Assembly (NCBI RefSeq): GCF_001194135.2
Contig: NC_068992.1
Location: forward strand, 33,017,433-33,081,432
Direction of reading: 5' to 3'
Length of the DNA stretch: 64,000 nucleotides
Source of the DNA: Octopus bimaculoides
Taxonomy: Eukaryota
The stretch's first letter is position 1; every line of letters begins with the position of its first letter. The position numbers and the translations under genes were made by a program. This document shows positions 37,979 through 50,320 of this stretch, in pieces. A model generated the notes under the pieces. It saw only the letters and a program-made list of their open reading frames with translations, was not told where the DNA came from and did no database searches.

Positions 37979-40900
37979 GAGATGTGCATCTATTGATTAC
38001 TCGACTCACTAGAGGTCTAATAGAGGCAGGTTGTATTTCAGGGGCGCAAAAGATCAAATGGTAGAATAGGAAAGTTGGTTATACATCATTAGATGTATAC
38101 CTGACTTTCCTATATAAAATTAATGGAATATAACGGAACGCTGAACTCCAGACTATCAACTTAAACAACATTTATTCAGGTGGTAAATATATACATCTGT
38201 TGCTCTTGTTTGTTGTTACAGCTTCTGTGTGTGTGAGCATTGTTGTTGGGACGTTGTTATGTAGATGTAAGCGAGCTGTCGAGGGTAAGTCCGAAAGATG
38301 GAGAGTGACAGCTAAACACGTAAAGAGACTGTCTCCAGAGTTGGAATGTTGGAGACACTGCTTGACACGTCCATGCTCATGGCCGGCCGACCGAGAAAAG
38401 AGATAGAATAGAAGCGGGAATGCTTGCTTGTTTAATTCCACGCATGCGCACGGCGTTACCACAGGGCTCCCTTGCCAGTGCAAAAACGCACGATAATATG
38501 AAATCTGTTAGAACGCCTGAGGCAGGATGGCCACTGAAAACCACCCACAAGATGTAGCGCACAAAACAAATCGTGATGACTACTGTCCAGGAACTGGAAT
38601 CACGGAATGTGAAAGTCTGAGTGTTTGTTTTTACTGAAAGGAAAGAAAATGTATGAGTGCACAAGTGTGTGTGTGAGAAAAAAAAACACAGAACATAGTG
38701 AAAGNNNNNNNNNNNNNNNNNNNNNNNNNNNNNNNNNNNNNNNNNNNNNNNNNNNNNNNNNNNNNNNNNNNNNNNNNNNNNNNNNNNNNNNNNNNNNNNN
38801 NNNNNNNNNNNNNNNNNNNNNNNNNNNNNNNNNNNNNNNNNNNNNNNNNNNNNNNNNNNNNNNNNNNNNNNNNNNNNNNNNNNNNNNNNNNNNNNNNNNN
38901 NNNNNNNNNNNNNNNNNNNNNNNNNNNNNNNNNNNNNNNNNNNNNNNNNNNNNNNNNNNNNNNNNNNNNNNNNNNNNNNNNNNNNNNNNNNNNNNNNNNN
39001 NNNNNNNNNNNNNNNNNNNNNNNNNNNNNNNNNNNNNNNNNNNNNNNNNNNNNNNNNNNNNNNNNNNNNNNNNNNNNNNNNNNNNNNNNNNNNNNNNNNN
39101 NNNNNNNNNNNNNNNNNNNNNNNNNNNNNNNNNNNNNNNNNNNNNNNNNNNNNNNNNNNNNNNNNNNNNNNNNNNNNNNNNNNNNNNNNNNNNNNNNNNN
39201 NNNNNNNNNNNNNNNNNNNNNNNNNNNNACACAAAATATATATCAATGATGATATACAAATAATGTTATTCTACGATAACAAAAATAGCCAGTAACGAGA
39301 CGATAAAAGATGACCGTATGAAATGAATAACAAGAGATATTTTGTGTGGCATAAAAGATGTATGTGTACGTGAGAGTGTGAATGCGACATATAAGAACAT
39401 AATAAAAGACAGGCCGTCTATATGTATGTGAGATATCACAGCAGTTAGAAAGTCAGTACACGTGAGAGTTTTATACCAAGTTCTTTGAGTACACAATTGG
39501 AAAATCGCAGGCTGTAATTCTTGTCTGTTTATCGTGAGTGGAAACATCCACTCTTACAGAGGCGAGTAAAAACCGCACTTGTTGATGTTGGTAATACGTA
39601 GTGAGTCGTGTTGACTATGGTTGGAGATGTTGGTGGCGTAGTAATCGTAGAATCGTGTTGGTCATGACGATGATGCTGGTTAGTAGTTCAGTCTCCATGG
39701 CCGCATTTGTTCTTTAGTCGGGTTCACCAGTTATAAGTGGGTAGTCCAGAGTCCATGCTGCGTTTGTTTCTTCGTCGGGGGTCACCACTTTATAGAAAGT
39801 GGGTTATTGCAGCTCAGCGGGAACGTTACGCACACAACATTCTTCTGTTTGGCACAAATCCTGGTTCATTCAAAATAGATTTCTATCACGAACATATAAC
39901 AAATGTTCATTAGTACAGTCAACAGCAATTGAAATATATATCTTGAAACATCTCGAATTTATGAATTGGAAACCAAAGCAGCAAAACTAGAGTTGATCAA
40001 ACACCTGTGAGAAACAATCTCACAGAAACTCCAGCAGCAAACGGAGCTGGTCAAATCCCATGCGTCCGGGACAAGAGCGTAGGTGAACTCTAGTAAAATC
40101 ACGTCTGCACGGTTCAGCGGCTGCGTCTCAGGTCCCAGACTCTAGCGAGGAACGCGATGTAATGTTTTTCCCGCCAGTTTTCAGCGCATGCTCTGAGGGA
40201 ACTTCCGTAGGCCTTCCAGAAGATTCCGACCCGCGCATGCCTGCTGACTTCACTACAACATCCTACAGCTGAGAAATAAGGTGAGTGAGTGTGTGCATTC
40301 TCTATCCATGATATCAGCAAAAGGTTTATTGCAGGATTCCATTTTGGGTGAAAATGCCTTGAATGTGGTGCACAAGTGAAATGTGTCTGGTGTTGTTGTA
40401 GGCATTTGCTAAGATTAGCCAGAACGACGTCAGTGTGGCATGCTGGCGAATTGCGTAGGACAAGCAGTTTTCTCTATTAACTTCGTGACCAGCCTGGGGT
40501 CAAACAGAGGCAAGGTGTGTCTGACAAGGGCGCAGAGAGCATGAGCGGACATCCGACATACACAGAGTCGGGAAAAAGAGCTGAGTTGGCACAGACATAA
40601 GAAAATTATTCTAAAGGTACTATATTGTGGTGCATTTCTGCGCCCATATTCTGTACTTTCGGTGGGACCAACATCTCCCATATCGATGCGATCGGCTGCT
40701 GCTTTGACGCTGGATACCACGCGATAGGGCTTGTATCTGGTCTGTATCTGTGAAACCCGCTGAGTGATGAATGTACGCAAGTCGGAAATTTCCGAATCAC
40801 TGGACGATGAAAAGAAAGGGTTGGTGGAAGGAATCGCTGCCTGGAATGCGATGTCAGTCGGAGATATGTTTTCCGCTGGGTTCTGATCTGGGAGAGCAAT

Positions 40901-41094
40901 TGTGTGCGCAGGAATTCTCAGTTCTGTTTCATTGTCGGGTGATGTGCAGGCTGGGAATCTTCGACGGGATCAGGAACGTAGTGCCGAAATGGAAAATTCA
41001 ACCGCAGTCCAAAATAGCTTTCGTTTTCTAAATGCAGTTCGGTTGGTTAAGCTGTTTCAAAGGAAGGCTGCAATTCATTGACGAGGTCACCAAA

Positions 41095-41520
41095 TGTAGT
41101 GGTTAAATGTGGATCGTGGTAAACAGATGCAAAAGGAATGTGTATGCCTTTGAAGTAAACAAATAAGTGAATGGATTCATAATTGAAAATAATTTATTCG
41201 CTGGACTTAATTTGTCGTTGGTACACATAATTCTTCACTACATGCAAAATGTTGACAACTGCTACGAGCTGCTAGAAATACAAACCAGGGTACATCTGTG
41301 GAAATGATATGTCAGAAATTGAATATATGTTTGTGTGTGTGTACTTCATCTGAGACAGTAGTCTACTGTGGAACTTCAAACATTGCTGTGGTCTCTGAGA
41401 AAAGCTGTCGTGTAGTAGACGTTCCTACTTTGGCTGCCTAAGGCCTTCTCTCCCTTCTGTCTTGTTGACCACTGAATTTATAAGAATCGTGGCAGCCAGA
41501 AGGACAGACATACTGCAGCA
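41095..41520 (-). repeat. LTR-like direct repeat, copy B (putative 5' LTR)
   Basis: On the minus strand it ends CCACTACA and is followed by TT + TGGTGACCTCGTC, an 11/13 match to a tRNA-Trp PBS. Confidence 0.9.
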
Positions 41521-41742
41521 GAGTTTGTACCTAAATAGGTCAGCTCCTGTCCATTTGAACTCCACCTGACATGGCCTTAGGTCGAAGGTTAAAGGGAGAT
41601 CATCAATCACTTTTTGACAGGACAAAGAAAACCTGTTTTTGCGCCTGTTGATCGTGGTTTGGACGACCGAGAATTCTTAGATTCGGTTTCGAATCTAGGC
41701 TTGGAGAAGGAAGTGTTAAGTTTTATATATTTATACATAATG

Positions 41743-42308
41743 TTTTCTTTCTGGTAAAAGCTGGTTTGTAGGGTTATCTTGGGTTTCTTGTCCATAAACG
41801 GTTTAACTTTATGACGTATCTTCAGACTCCAAGACCTGTTTGGCCTATGACCTCCATAAAATATGGACGGTAAAAGTCTGGATTATCTCTCTTTGCTAAT
41901 GAATATTGACTTCTGGCCGTACTGCCATCGATCAGCTATGAGGTTAATCAATAGGGGATTATCTCCTTCTCTCATTAGCTATCAACTTCTGGCAGTTCCC
42001 GAAAGGCCAGCAAAAATCTCCTAAAACACAAACAGGAATTTTCTACTGGCATTTTGGGAACTGCCAGAAGTTAATAGCTAATGGGAGAGGGAGATAATCT
42101 CCTATTGTTTACCGTCATAGCTGATCGCTGACAGTACAGCCGGAAGTCAAATCCATTAGCAAAGGGAGATAATCTAGACTTTCCCCTCCATATCATATGG
42201 AGGTCATAGGCCAACAGGTCTTGGGAACCTGAAGATACGCCATAAAGTTAAACCTTTTATGGACAGGAGACCCAGGGTAACCCCATAAACCAGCCTTCAC
42301 CAGGAAAA
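41743..42308. mobile_element. Fold-back/palindromic MITE-like element, ~270-bp arms
   Basis: Left arm 41743-42010 and right arm 42046-42308 are reverse complements (roughly 85% by eye). The 35-nt spacer is itself partly self-complementary. GGGAGATAATCT occurs twice in the right arm, with diverged complements in the left. Confidence 0.85.
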
Positions 42309-45300
42309 TGTATAGACTACTCTACTTCTTAGAATATGCCTCTTCTCCCAATTTATGTTTTTCTAAAAACAACACACACACACAGAGTCAGATACTTGCA
42401 CACAGACACACATATATGTGTATAATACGTATGCATGTATGTATATTTTATTTAAGTTCTTCTGAAGTGAGTTTAAGCCAGTCACTAAGAAATTTTGAGT
42501 TAAGAGTGTTCCAAGTTTTCCCAAAAAATGTTTTTGAGATGGTGTGTTAGTTAAGCTGTCACATACACCCAAGCATGTGCGTCTATTCACCTAAAGAATT
42601 TTGATATGTACAAATGAGAATTAATAGTCAAGGTGCTAGAGCTATAAGTTCCACATTAATTCACTATAGATGTTCCCTTATTTCCAAGACATTAAATTAT
42701 ATCTGCTACTTAAGTAGTTCATGTCAATCTGGCAGCTGATCTCTACAACAGTGTATGACTTTTGCTCCATGTTCCATATAAAAATATCTGGCCTGTTGTG
42801 ATTTATCAGAAGCTCTGAAACAGCTCACAGAGAGGTAAGATGGTATTCTCAAATCAGACACCTGGCCTGAATGCTTGCAACAGAATGGACACTGTGAAAG
42901 GCAACTAAGAGACAAGTGATGGTGTTGAACTCTGCAAAGTGTTCAAACTACCACATAAATAAGCTATGACTGGATTTGAACTCAGAAAGAGCAAAGAGCT
43001 AGGATAAATATAAAAACAAACAGCCCTTCCTATGCTATAGCAAATCAGTCAGTTGACCACCAAAGACTGATGCTTTAGTTATTCTGTCTGAAAGGATAAA
43101 AGGCAAAGTTGTCATCTGCATGAACTGAACTCAGAATACAAAAATGCCAAAATAAAAAATTCTGCAAGGCATTTCATACAATAACCTTAACACTTCTCTC
43201 AATTTGCCAAATCTGTCTGTCTATCTATCTAACTCTTTCTGTGTATTTTTTATTTCACAGGGGAAGAGTGAATCAAGTGCATTTTGTATACTCTTCAAAT
43301 GTTAAGCTATGAGAAAAGCTGTTCATTAATCAGTGGATGAAATGTATTAAACAATGTGTCATGACATTGTGGTGGAATAAAACTGTAGTGGAAGAATAGG
43401 ACAAAACAAGATACAAGAAAAAGGGAAAGAAAAAAGATGAAAAACTACTGAAGTCATCTCTGGAAATATATATGTATAAGCTGTCAAGTTGCAATGAGGC
43501 TGGATGAAAACAAATGGAGCTGCACTGCACCATAAACCCTTCCATCTCAAGCAAAAAAAAAAAGACACAAAAACAAAAAGGAAAATATGATAATGACAAG
43601 CATGATGATGAAATTGATGATTTACTTTATTATTATAAACAGCACTGAAGTTTTCTTTCCCTTCTCCTACAATTCTCTCTCTCTTTTATTCCTTTAGTTA
43701 TATCCCTTATGCAAACACACACACACACACACACAATATCAAATCCACAAATTTGGTCATTTCCTCGCTAAAGCTAAAGTCATCATATCTGCTATTGAAA
43801 ATGATTACATTTACTATAACATCAGATTTACTTCCCATTATGCTAGATTCACCAAAGCATAAAAATGAGGATATTATGGCTTTGAAAAGTTTGCAAAGTA
43901 ATAAATATCTGATTTATATTAAATCACCTTAAATTTTATTGATTGAAAACACAATGCCGACGCAGCAGTGTGTACTGCTGTTAATTTTGAACAGACAGCA
44001 GATTTACCAACAACAGCCACATATATTTTCAAGGTTTATTGACACTTAGCAAATAGAGATAAAGCTTTTAAGGCACAAATGTAGATTGGAAATTGGAATT
44101 GAGTCTCTTTGACACCAAACCAAAATATTCTGCAGATGTTATGATTGGAGATATTAAAGAGCAGTTTCTGGCATCAACTAACTCTGAACAATGATCCTGA
44201 TAAAGTACAGAATTTAAGCATTGCATTATTTATGCTAGTGTCTGTGTGTGTTTGTGTTTACACCATATGCCTATGTATGTGCTTGTGTGTATTTCTGCAG
44301 AGTGTATATGCACTAGTTTTTGTAATGTGATTATACATGTGTGCATGGTGCATTATGTACATATACATGTGTGAGATGTTTGTGAATGTGTGTGGTTTTA
44401 TACTGCCTATATGTGCTATTTTGTTATATGCATGTATGAGTGTATGATTGCACAATGAGCATAAGCATGTACTTGTATGAAGTATATGTTTGTGTTTATG
44501 CACTGTGTATGTGTGTGTTATGCTATTTGGGTGTATATCTATTTTTGCACTACATGTATATGTTTATGTATGTTAATGCTTTCTTTTTATTTATTTGTTA
44601 GGTCAAAAGAGGATAGTATCTAGGACTCTCATAGGCCCTCCTGATGTGGTATTATTGATCTGGCCAATGCCTAATATGAGCATCTGCAGATCAACGTTTG
44701 CATAGAAATCTGTGGAGGAGATGGTAATCAGGTAGTGCATAGTTAATGCTACCATAAGTGTTTAATGACTACGTTATGGTATTAATATGCATGGATGTAT
44801 GTGTGTGCATCAGTGTATTTGTATTTTATAATATGACCTCCCTAGATCTCATAAAAAAATAGCAAAATTTTATTATAGAATAAATTATGAAAATAATATG
44901 CATGAAAAGGTAAGTCAGAAATATGAGTGAGTTTTGTAGATAGAATCATGATGATGTTAAAAGTTTGAGATGCCAATGTGTGGGTGTAAATCATTTGGTA
45001 TAGTAAACTTTCACTCTATATCTGTCAAGTATCTAATTTGCTCTTGTACTTACATTCCATCCATCCATCTTTCTAGCCAGCCAGCCATCAGTTCATCCAA
45101 TTATCCATCTATCCATCCATCCAAATATCTATCGATTGCAGTCACACCCTTTCTTTATTTTCTTTTACAATATGCAAATATAAATCAAACTCTATACTTG
45201 ACTACTACTTCATTTCGTCAAATACAGGAGGATGAAAGACAAAGTTGACATATACAAGATTTCAACTCTGCAAGTAAAGAGTTTTAAGTGAATACAACAC

Positions 45301-45999
45301 AGTGTGTTGTTCAATGCTCTAAAGATTCTACCAATCCACTGGAAAAAGAAGTTCCAGACAGTGTAATGAGGGAGATATAGTCTACTAAAACCCATTGAGA
45401 GCAGTGCTTTTATATAGCTGTAGACCAATAATTGAAATGATGAACAGAATACATACATATAATGTAATAGAGTTATGTATATTTATGTATGTGTATGTCT
45501 AAGTACATATATATGCATCCGCTTTAACCACCATCACTTGTAATTTCTATCAAGAGATGATGTTGAAATCATATATAAATTTTGATTTATTTTTATCTCT
45601 TTTTATTCTTTCTTTGTAATCTTCCCTATAATGGACAATACTGTATTTTCTACACCTTCTTATACTTCCTTCTATCCATCATAATTGCTTCTTTCATTCA
45701 TACTCAGACAGTCATTCAATCTCTTTCTTTCACTCTTCTTCATGACATCGCTTTTACGCTCTAACATATTTCTGACTTTTTTCTTAGAATCTCCTGCTTC
45801 CATTTTCCAATAAACGGCACACAATCGACTTCTTACTCTTCAAATGTCCTTTTTACAACTTCTTTTTCATTCAGTCATTCATTTCCCCACCTCTCTCTCT
45901 CTCTCTCCATCTTTCACATACGTGTGTATCTCTGTATGTTAATTTGATGCACACTAAACACCTATGAATGAAACACGATTATGTACAGTCACTTAATGT

Positions 46000-46600
46000 G
46001 TGTGAACATTTGGACATGGACGGACAACATGTTGTGCATGCTGTCTTGAAAGAAGAAATCCTCTTTAAAGACAATAGGAGTGTAAACATACTACTAGGCC
46101 ATGAATGATGTCACCAGACTACAGGAAGCATGCGTTTTTGTGTTGCAACACTTATTCAGTTACATGTGCCATCATTCATGGCCACTAATAACTGCTCTCT
46201 CGTATATTAGTATAACGAATGATATATATGCTAATCTGCAAAAACTTTGTCTAGCTAGAATATATTTATCAGATGTGCACAAAACAGTATTGAATGAAAT
46301 ATAGTTAAGTCATATTTAACAAGACCTCATACATACAGACATGGAAAGACAAACATTTATTTTCTTGATGCAGCTCGTATACAAACATGTTCAGTATTAC
46401 TGTACATGACTATTTTTCATTTAATGTTGCGTAGTATATGTCTAATTCCTATATTACAACCTGACAAATCTTTACATACATCAGCAATGGCACCATTTGA
46501 TATTCTAATACAAGAGCAACCAGATCTTAGTGGCCATGAACCATGGCTTATTATATATGTAGCTGATGAAATGTACCAAGACAGAAACAAGTGTCCTATG
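46000..46600 (+). mobile_element. Very decayed Penelope-like element 3' end (tentative)
   Basis: LMLRSICLIPILQPDKSLHTSAMAPFDIL loosely resembles the PLE terminal ExLLIxxLxPxLNxxxxSxPL, and is followed by a hammerhead-like motif at 46557-46600. Confidence 0.35.
46557..46600 (+). ncRNA. Degenerate hammerhead-like motif (canonical CUGAUGA...GAAAC...GUC)
   Basis: AUGUAG CUGAUGA AA UGU ACCAAG ACA GAAAC AAGU GUC CUAUG. Stem I 5 bp with two G-U pairs, weak 3-bp stem II. Confidence 0.4.
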
Positions 46601-46870
46601 ATTAGGTGATGTCATTTACAACTTGGTGGTGTGTTTACACCCATAGTGTCTACAAAAAGAATTTTCCTCTCTCAACACAAATTGTGTAGTATATATAATA
46701 TACATAATATTGTGGATGCAAACTTGGAAAGGAAGATACCTAAACAGAGATGCAAAGAGAGTTATGATGTGAAATGGTAGACAAAGAAACCAATAAAAAG
46801 GTAAGTGTATAGAAAGAAAGAGGGATAGATAGTTAGATAGAGAATACACACACACTGATATATACATGTT

Positions 46871-46919
<49 letters not shown>

Positions 46920-47235
46920 TATCATCATGAATTAGTATCTGTCTTCCATGCTGGCATGGGTCAAATGGAGCTTGTAAGCTAGAGTGCTGCACCAAGCTCC
47001 AGTCTGCTTTGGCTTGGTTTTTACAGATGGATGCCCTTCCTAATGCCAGCCGCTCCACAGAGTGTGCTTGCTATCTTTTGTGTCACCAGCACAGGTGCCC
47101 TTTATGTGACACTGACACAGAGGCCTTTCACATTTGACCAGCATGGCACCCTTTCATATGTCACCAATATAGGTGCCTTTCATGTATCACCAGTACTGGT
47201 CACAACCATGATTTCACTTAGCTTGATGTGTTTTC
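46920..47235 (-). mobile_element. (GAT)n-tailed SINE with internal ~19-bp tandem repeats
   Basis: Reverse-complement tail ATCATCATG...TCTTCCATGCTGGCATGGG, GATGCCCTTCCTAATGCCA segment, repeated GTGCCTTT.ATGT..CACC units. Confidence 0.7.
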
Positions 47236-47509
47236 TCAAGTACAGCAAATTAGCATACATATGCACACACACACACGCGCATGGCTATGTGGCTCACACA
47301 GCCAACTTTTCAACCATGTAGTTTCAAATTCAAACCCAGTAAATGGGGAAACATTTTCTACTATAGCCCACAACCAAGGCCTTATGATTGAATTTATTAG
47401 ATAGAAATATGGAGATTGTATGGATGCCCATCATGTATGCGTGTGTGTGTGTCAACATAAGTATGCAAGTATGTAAATAAGTATATGTATGTGAGAGAGA
47501 GAGAGACAC

Positions 47510-47812
47510 CCTCCCTCCGCCCTTCAGTCAGAAATGACCAAGAGATTGCACCTAGAAAGTTCCCTTCTGAAGCACAAGTCCAGGTAGGTTTGTTTGTGGA
47601 AGACTAGCAGTTGCCCATGCATACCAAGGGAAACATAAAGCTTGATACAGCTTTGCACCAGTAATGTTGCAACTCATTTCTTCAGCTCAATGAACTGGAG
47701 TGATGTGAAATAAAGTGTCTTTCTCAAGAACATGACACACAGCCCAAACTGGGAAATGAGCACACAATCTCATGATTGTAAACTCAATGCTCTAACCATT
47801 GAGCCATGCACC

Positions 47813-47815
<3 letters not shown>
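47510..47815 (-). mobile_element. tRNA-derived SINE
   Basis: The minus strand starts TGAAGGTGCATGGCTCAATGGTTAGAGCATTGAG (A-box-like), followed by TTCTTGAGAAAGACACTTTATTTCACAT.CTCCAGTTCA. Confidence 0.7.
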
Positions 47816-47868
<53 letters not shown>

Positions 47869-47946
47869 NNNNNNNNNNNNNNNNNNNNNNNNNNNNNNNN
47901 NNNNNNNNNNNNNNNNNNNNNNNNNNNNNNNNNNNNNNNNNNNNNN

Positions 47947-47990
<44 letters not shown>

Positions 47991-48804
47991 GCACACACAC
48001 ACATATTTATATATATTATACATACATACTGATGATGATGATGGTAGCATGATTTTACTAAAGGACTTCTTACGTCGTCAGCACAAGTCCAGACTTTTTC
48101 ATATGAGAAATATAAACAATGCAGTGGATTCTAGTACATAGATGTTACTTGTTTTATTGAAGCTGGAGTAATAAAATGCCAAGTCAACACTATTGGGATT
48201 TCAAATTAAATTATAAATGGATGAATGTAAATACAGTCAAACATTCTATGTGGCAATCTACAGTCTCTGACATTCTACCATTCTGATCTGAACCAATGTT
48301 ATTCAATTACATTTACATGAAGAATATCCTATATAGTTGCTGATACTACAGTTTTTGCAGCAAGTTGGGTTTGCAGCAGCCTTGGATCCAGCAAGGTCTG
48401 TTCAAGAAATGCATTAAACTCTCAGTCGCTGCATCACTCTTCAAATTTGGTTGCTTATTAATAAAAACGTGTGTTTGTGTCTCTTTGAGCTGTCTTGTGA
48501 TAGCTGTAGATAAGTGCCAATATTATACAAGCAGTGTCATTGATTTCCAGTATTCTATGAGAAAATAACTGGCCATGAGAGAATATTGCTTGGAAACAGG
48601 TGAGAGCTGGCAACAGGAATGGCATCTGGTGGCTGAATATCTGCCTCAATAAACTCTGATCTTTAGAAGCTTGGGAAAGTGGACATTAAAACAATGAAGA
48701 TGATATACATACACAAACATATATACCAATACATAAAAATACATATATGCATATTTATGTAAAAATGTATTTACATATATGCATACACACAGATTCTTTC
48801 ATTC

Positions 48805-49175
48805 TTTTACTTGTTTCAGTAATTTGACTGTAACCATACTGGAGCACTGCCTTAAAGGGTTTTAGTCAAAGAAATTAACCCCAGGACTTATTCTTTGGAA
48901 GCCTAGTACTTATTCTATTGGTTTCTTTTGCCGAACCACTAAGTTACAGGGACGTAAACACACCAACATCGGTTGTCAAGTGATGGTTGGGTGACAAACA
49001 TAGACACAAAGACATGCACACATAATATATACTTATACATGTATATGATGGGCTTCTTTCAGTTTCCTTCTCTCAAATACACTCACAAGCATTTAGTCAG
49101 CCTAAAGTTATAGTAGAGGACACTTGTCCAAGGTGCCATGTGTTTGGGAAGCAAGCTTCTTACCAAACAGCCACA
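48805..49175 (-). mobile_element. tRNA-derived SINE (family of 32488-32830)
   Basis: Reverse-complement similarity along its length, including the tail CTTTCATTCTTTTACTTGTTTCAGT. Confidence 0.8.
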
Positions 49176-50320
49176 CAAATATATATTCATCCAGACTAGA
49201 TGACAAGATAGTGGCAAAGCTCAATGAGCTGGTAGATAGAAAAGCCCTGAAATGCAAGTAGGAGGTAGAGGGTGCTTTTTCTCTGAAGACCCTCCATTGT
49301 TCAGCTCTCCCTAGAATTTCTTGCTACCTATATACACATACAAATATATAAATATCTTTATACACAAACTCATGTATACACATACACATGCACATGTTCA
49401 ATACTACACGTGTAAATACATGTAAAGACATTTATATGTGCACATAAGGGAAGTTCTCACCTATTGGCTTGCTTGGACCTCAGTTGTATTCAAAGAAGTA
49501 ACTACTTGTAATTTTGAAATTACATTATATATACAGGCATACAACTGTGCATAAAATTTGTTATCTAAATATTTCTGCGAAACTACTTATTTTTGCACAA
49601 CCATCAGATTCATATATAATACACACACACACAGATAGATAAATACTTTACTGTTCTATTGTGGTAAGAGAAACAAACAATGTACTCCATCCGGTGAGAG
49701 ATAAATCTCATTTATGCAAATGTTATTAACAGCTCAAACATGTTTGTGGCACATTCAAACCTGTAAGCAAGCCATTCACTGTGTTTTGTCATGGAGAAAA
49801 CCAGGCCACATTACTGCTTACCACTCACGCCCAGTAAATCTCATTTAATGTACATAGTCTAAAGATTCAAGGTATTAATAGTTTCCTGCCTGGAGATACA
49901 GAGACAGGCAACTTTTCTGCCTGTGCTATCAAAACCACTCACCTGATGACGTGCCGGTGCTCAGTGGCTGCTGGATCATAATTATTTATAAAATAATTTA
50001 TGCAATAGTATGATATGGAAAACTCAGCAACTAAGAACTGCTTCCATTGCACAGAAAAAATTGTTGATTTGTTCATTCCATTTTCTTGTTTTATAATTTT
50101 TATATAAATTCTACGTACACTTAAAAGAGTTCCACGTGTATATCCAGTAAAAGGAATAATTGTACTGTGTAATGGCATATGGTAGCCGATAACAGTATAG
50201 AAGCTTTGAAATGCATGTCATGAGGTTATCACCCAGATGATAATCATTGAGATTACATATATGTGTGTGTGTGTGTTTTTAATAATAAACACCAAATTGC
50301 ACGTAGCACTGAGTGGATAA

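Larger units (their letters stand above)
37551..41520 (-). mobile_element. Non-autonomous Gypsy-type (CsRn1-like PBS) LTR element with composite interior
   Basis: Paired LTRs, tRNA-Trp PBS at 41080-41092, CpG-retaining interior. No RT/RH/IN recognisable in the sequenced part (524-bp gap inside). No clear TSD, and no PPT next to copy A. Confidence 0.6.

Noticed and set aside
44610-44735. Host exon flanked by good acceptors on both strands
   Set aside because: The minus frame ITISSTDFYANVD...GIGQIN... is better explained as a decayed RTE endonuclease (GDFNAKVG-like) fragment, and there is no matching strong donor.
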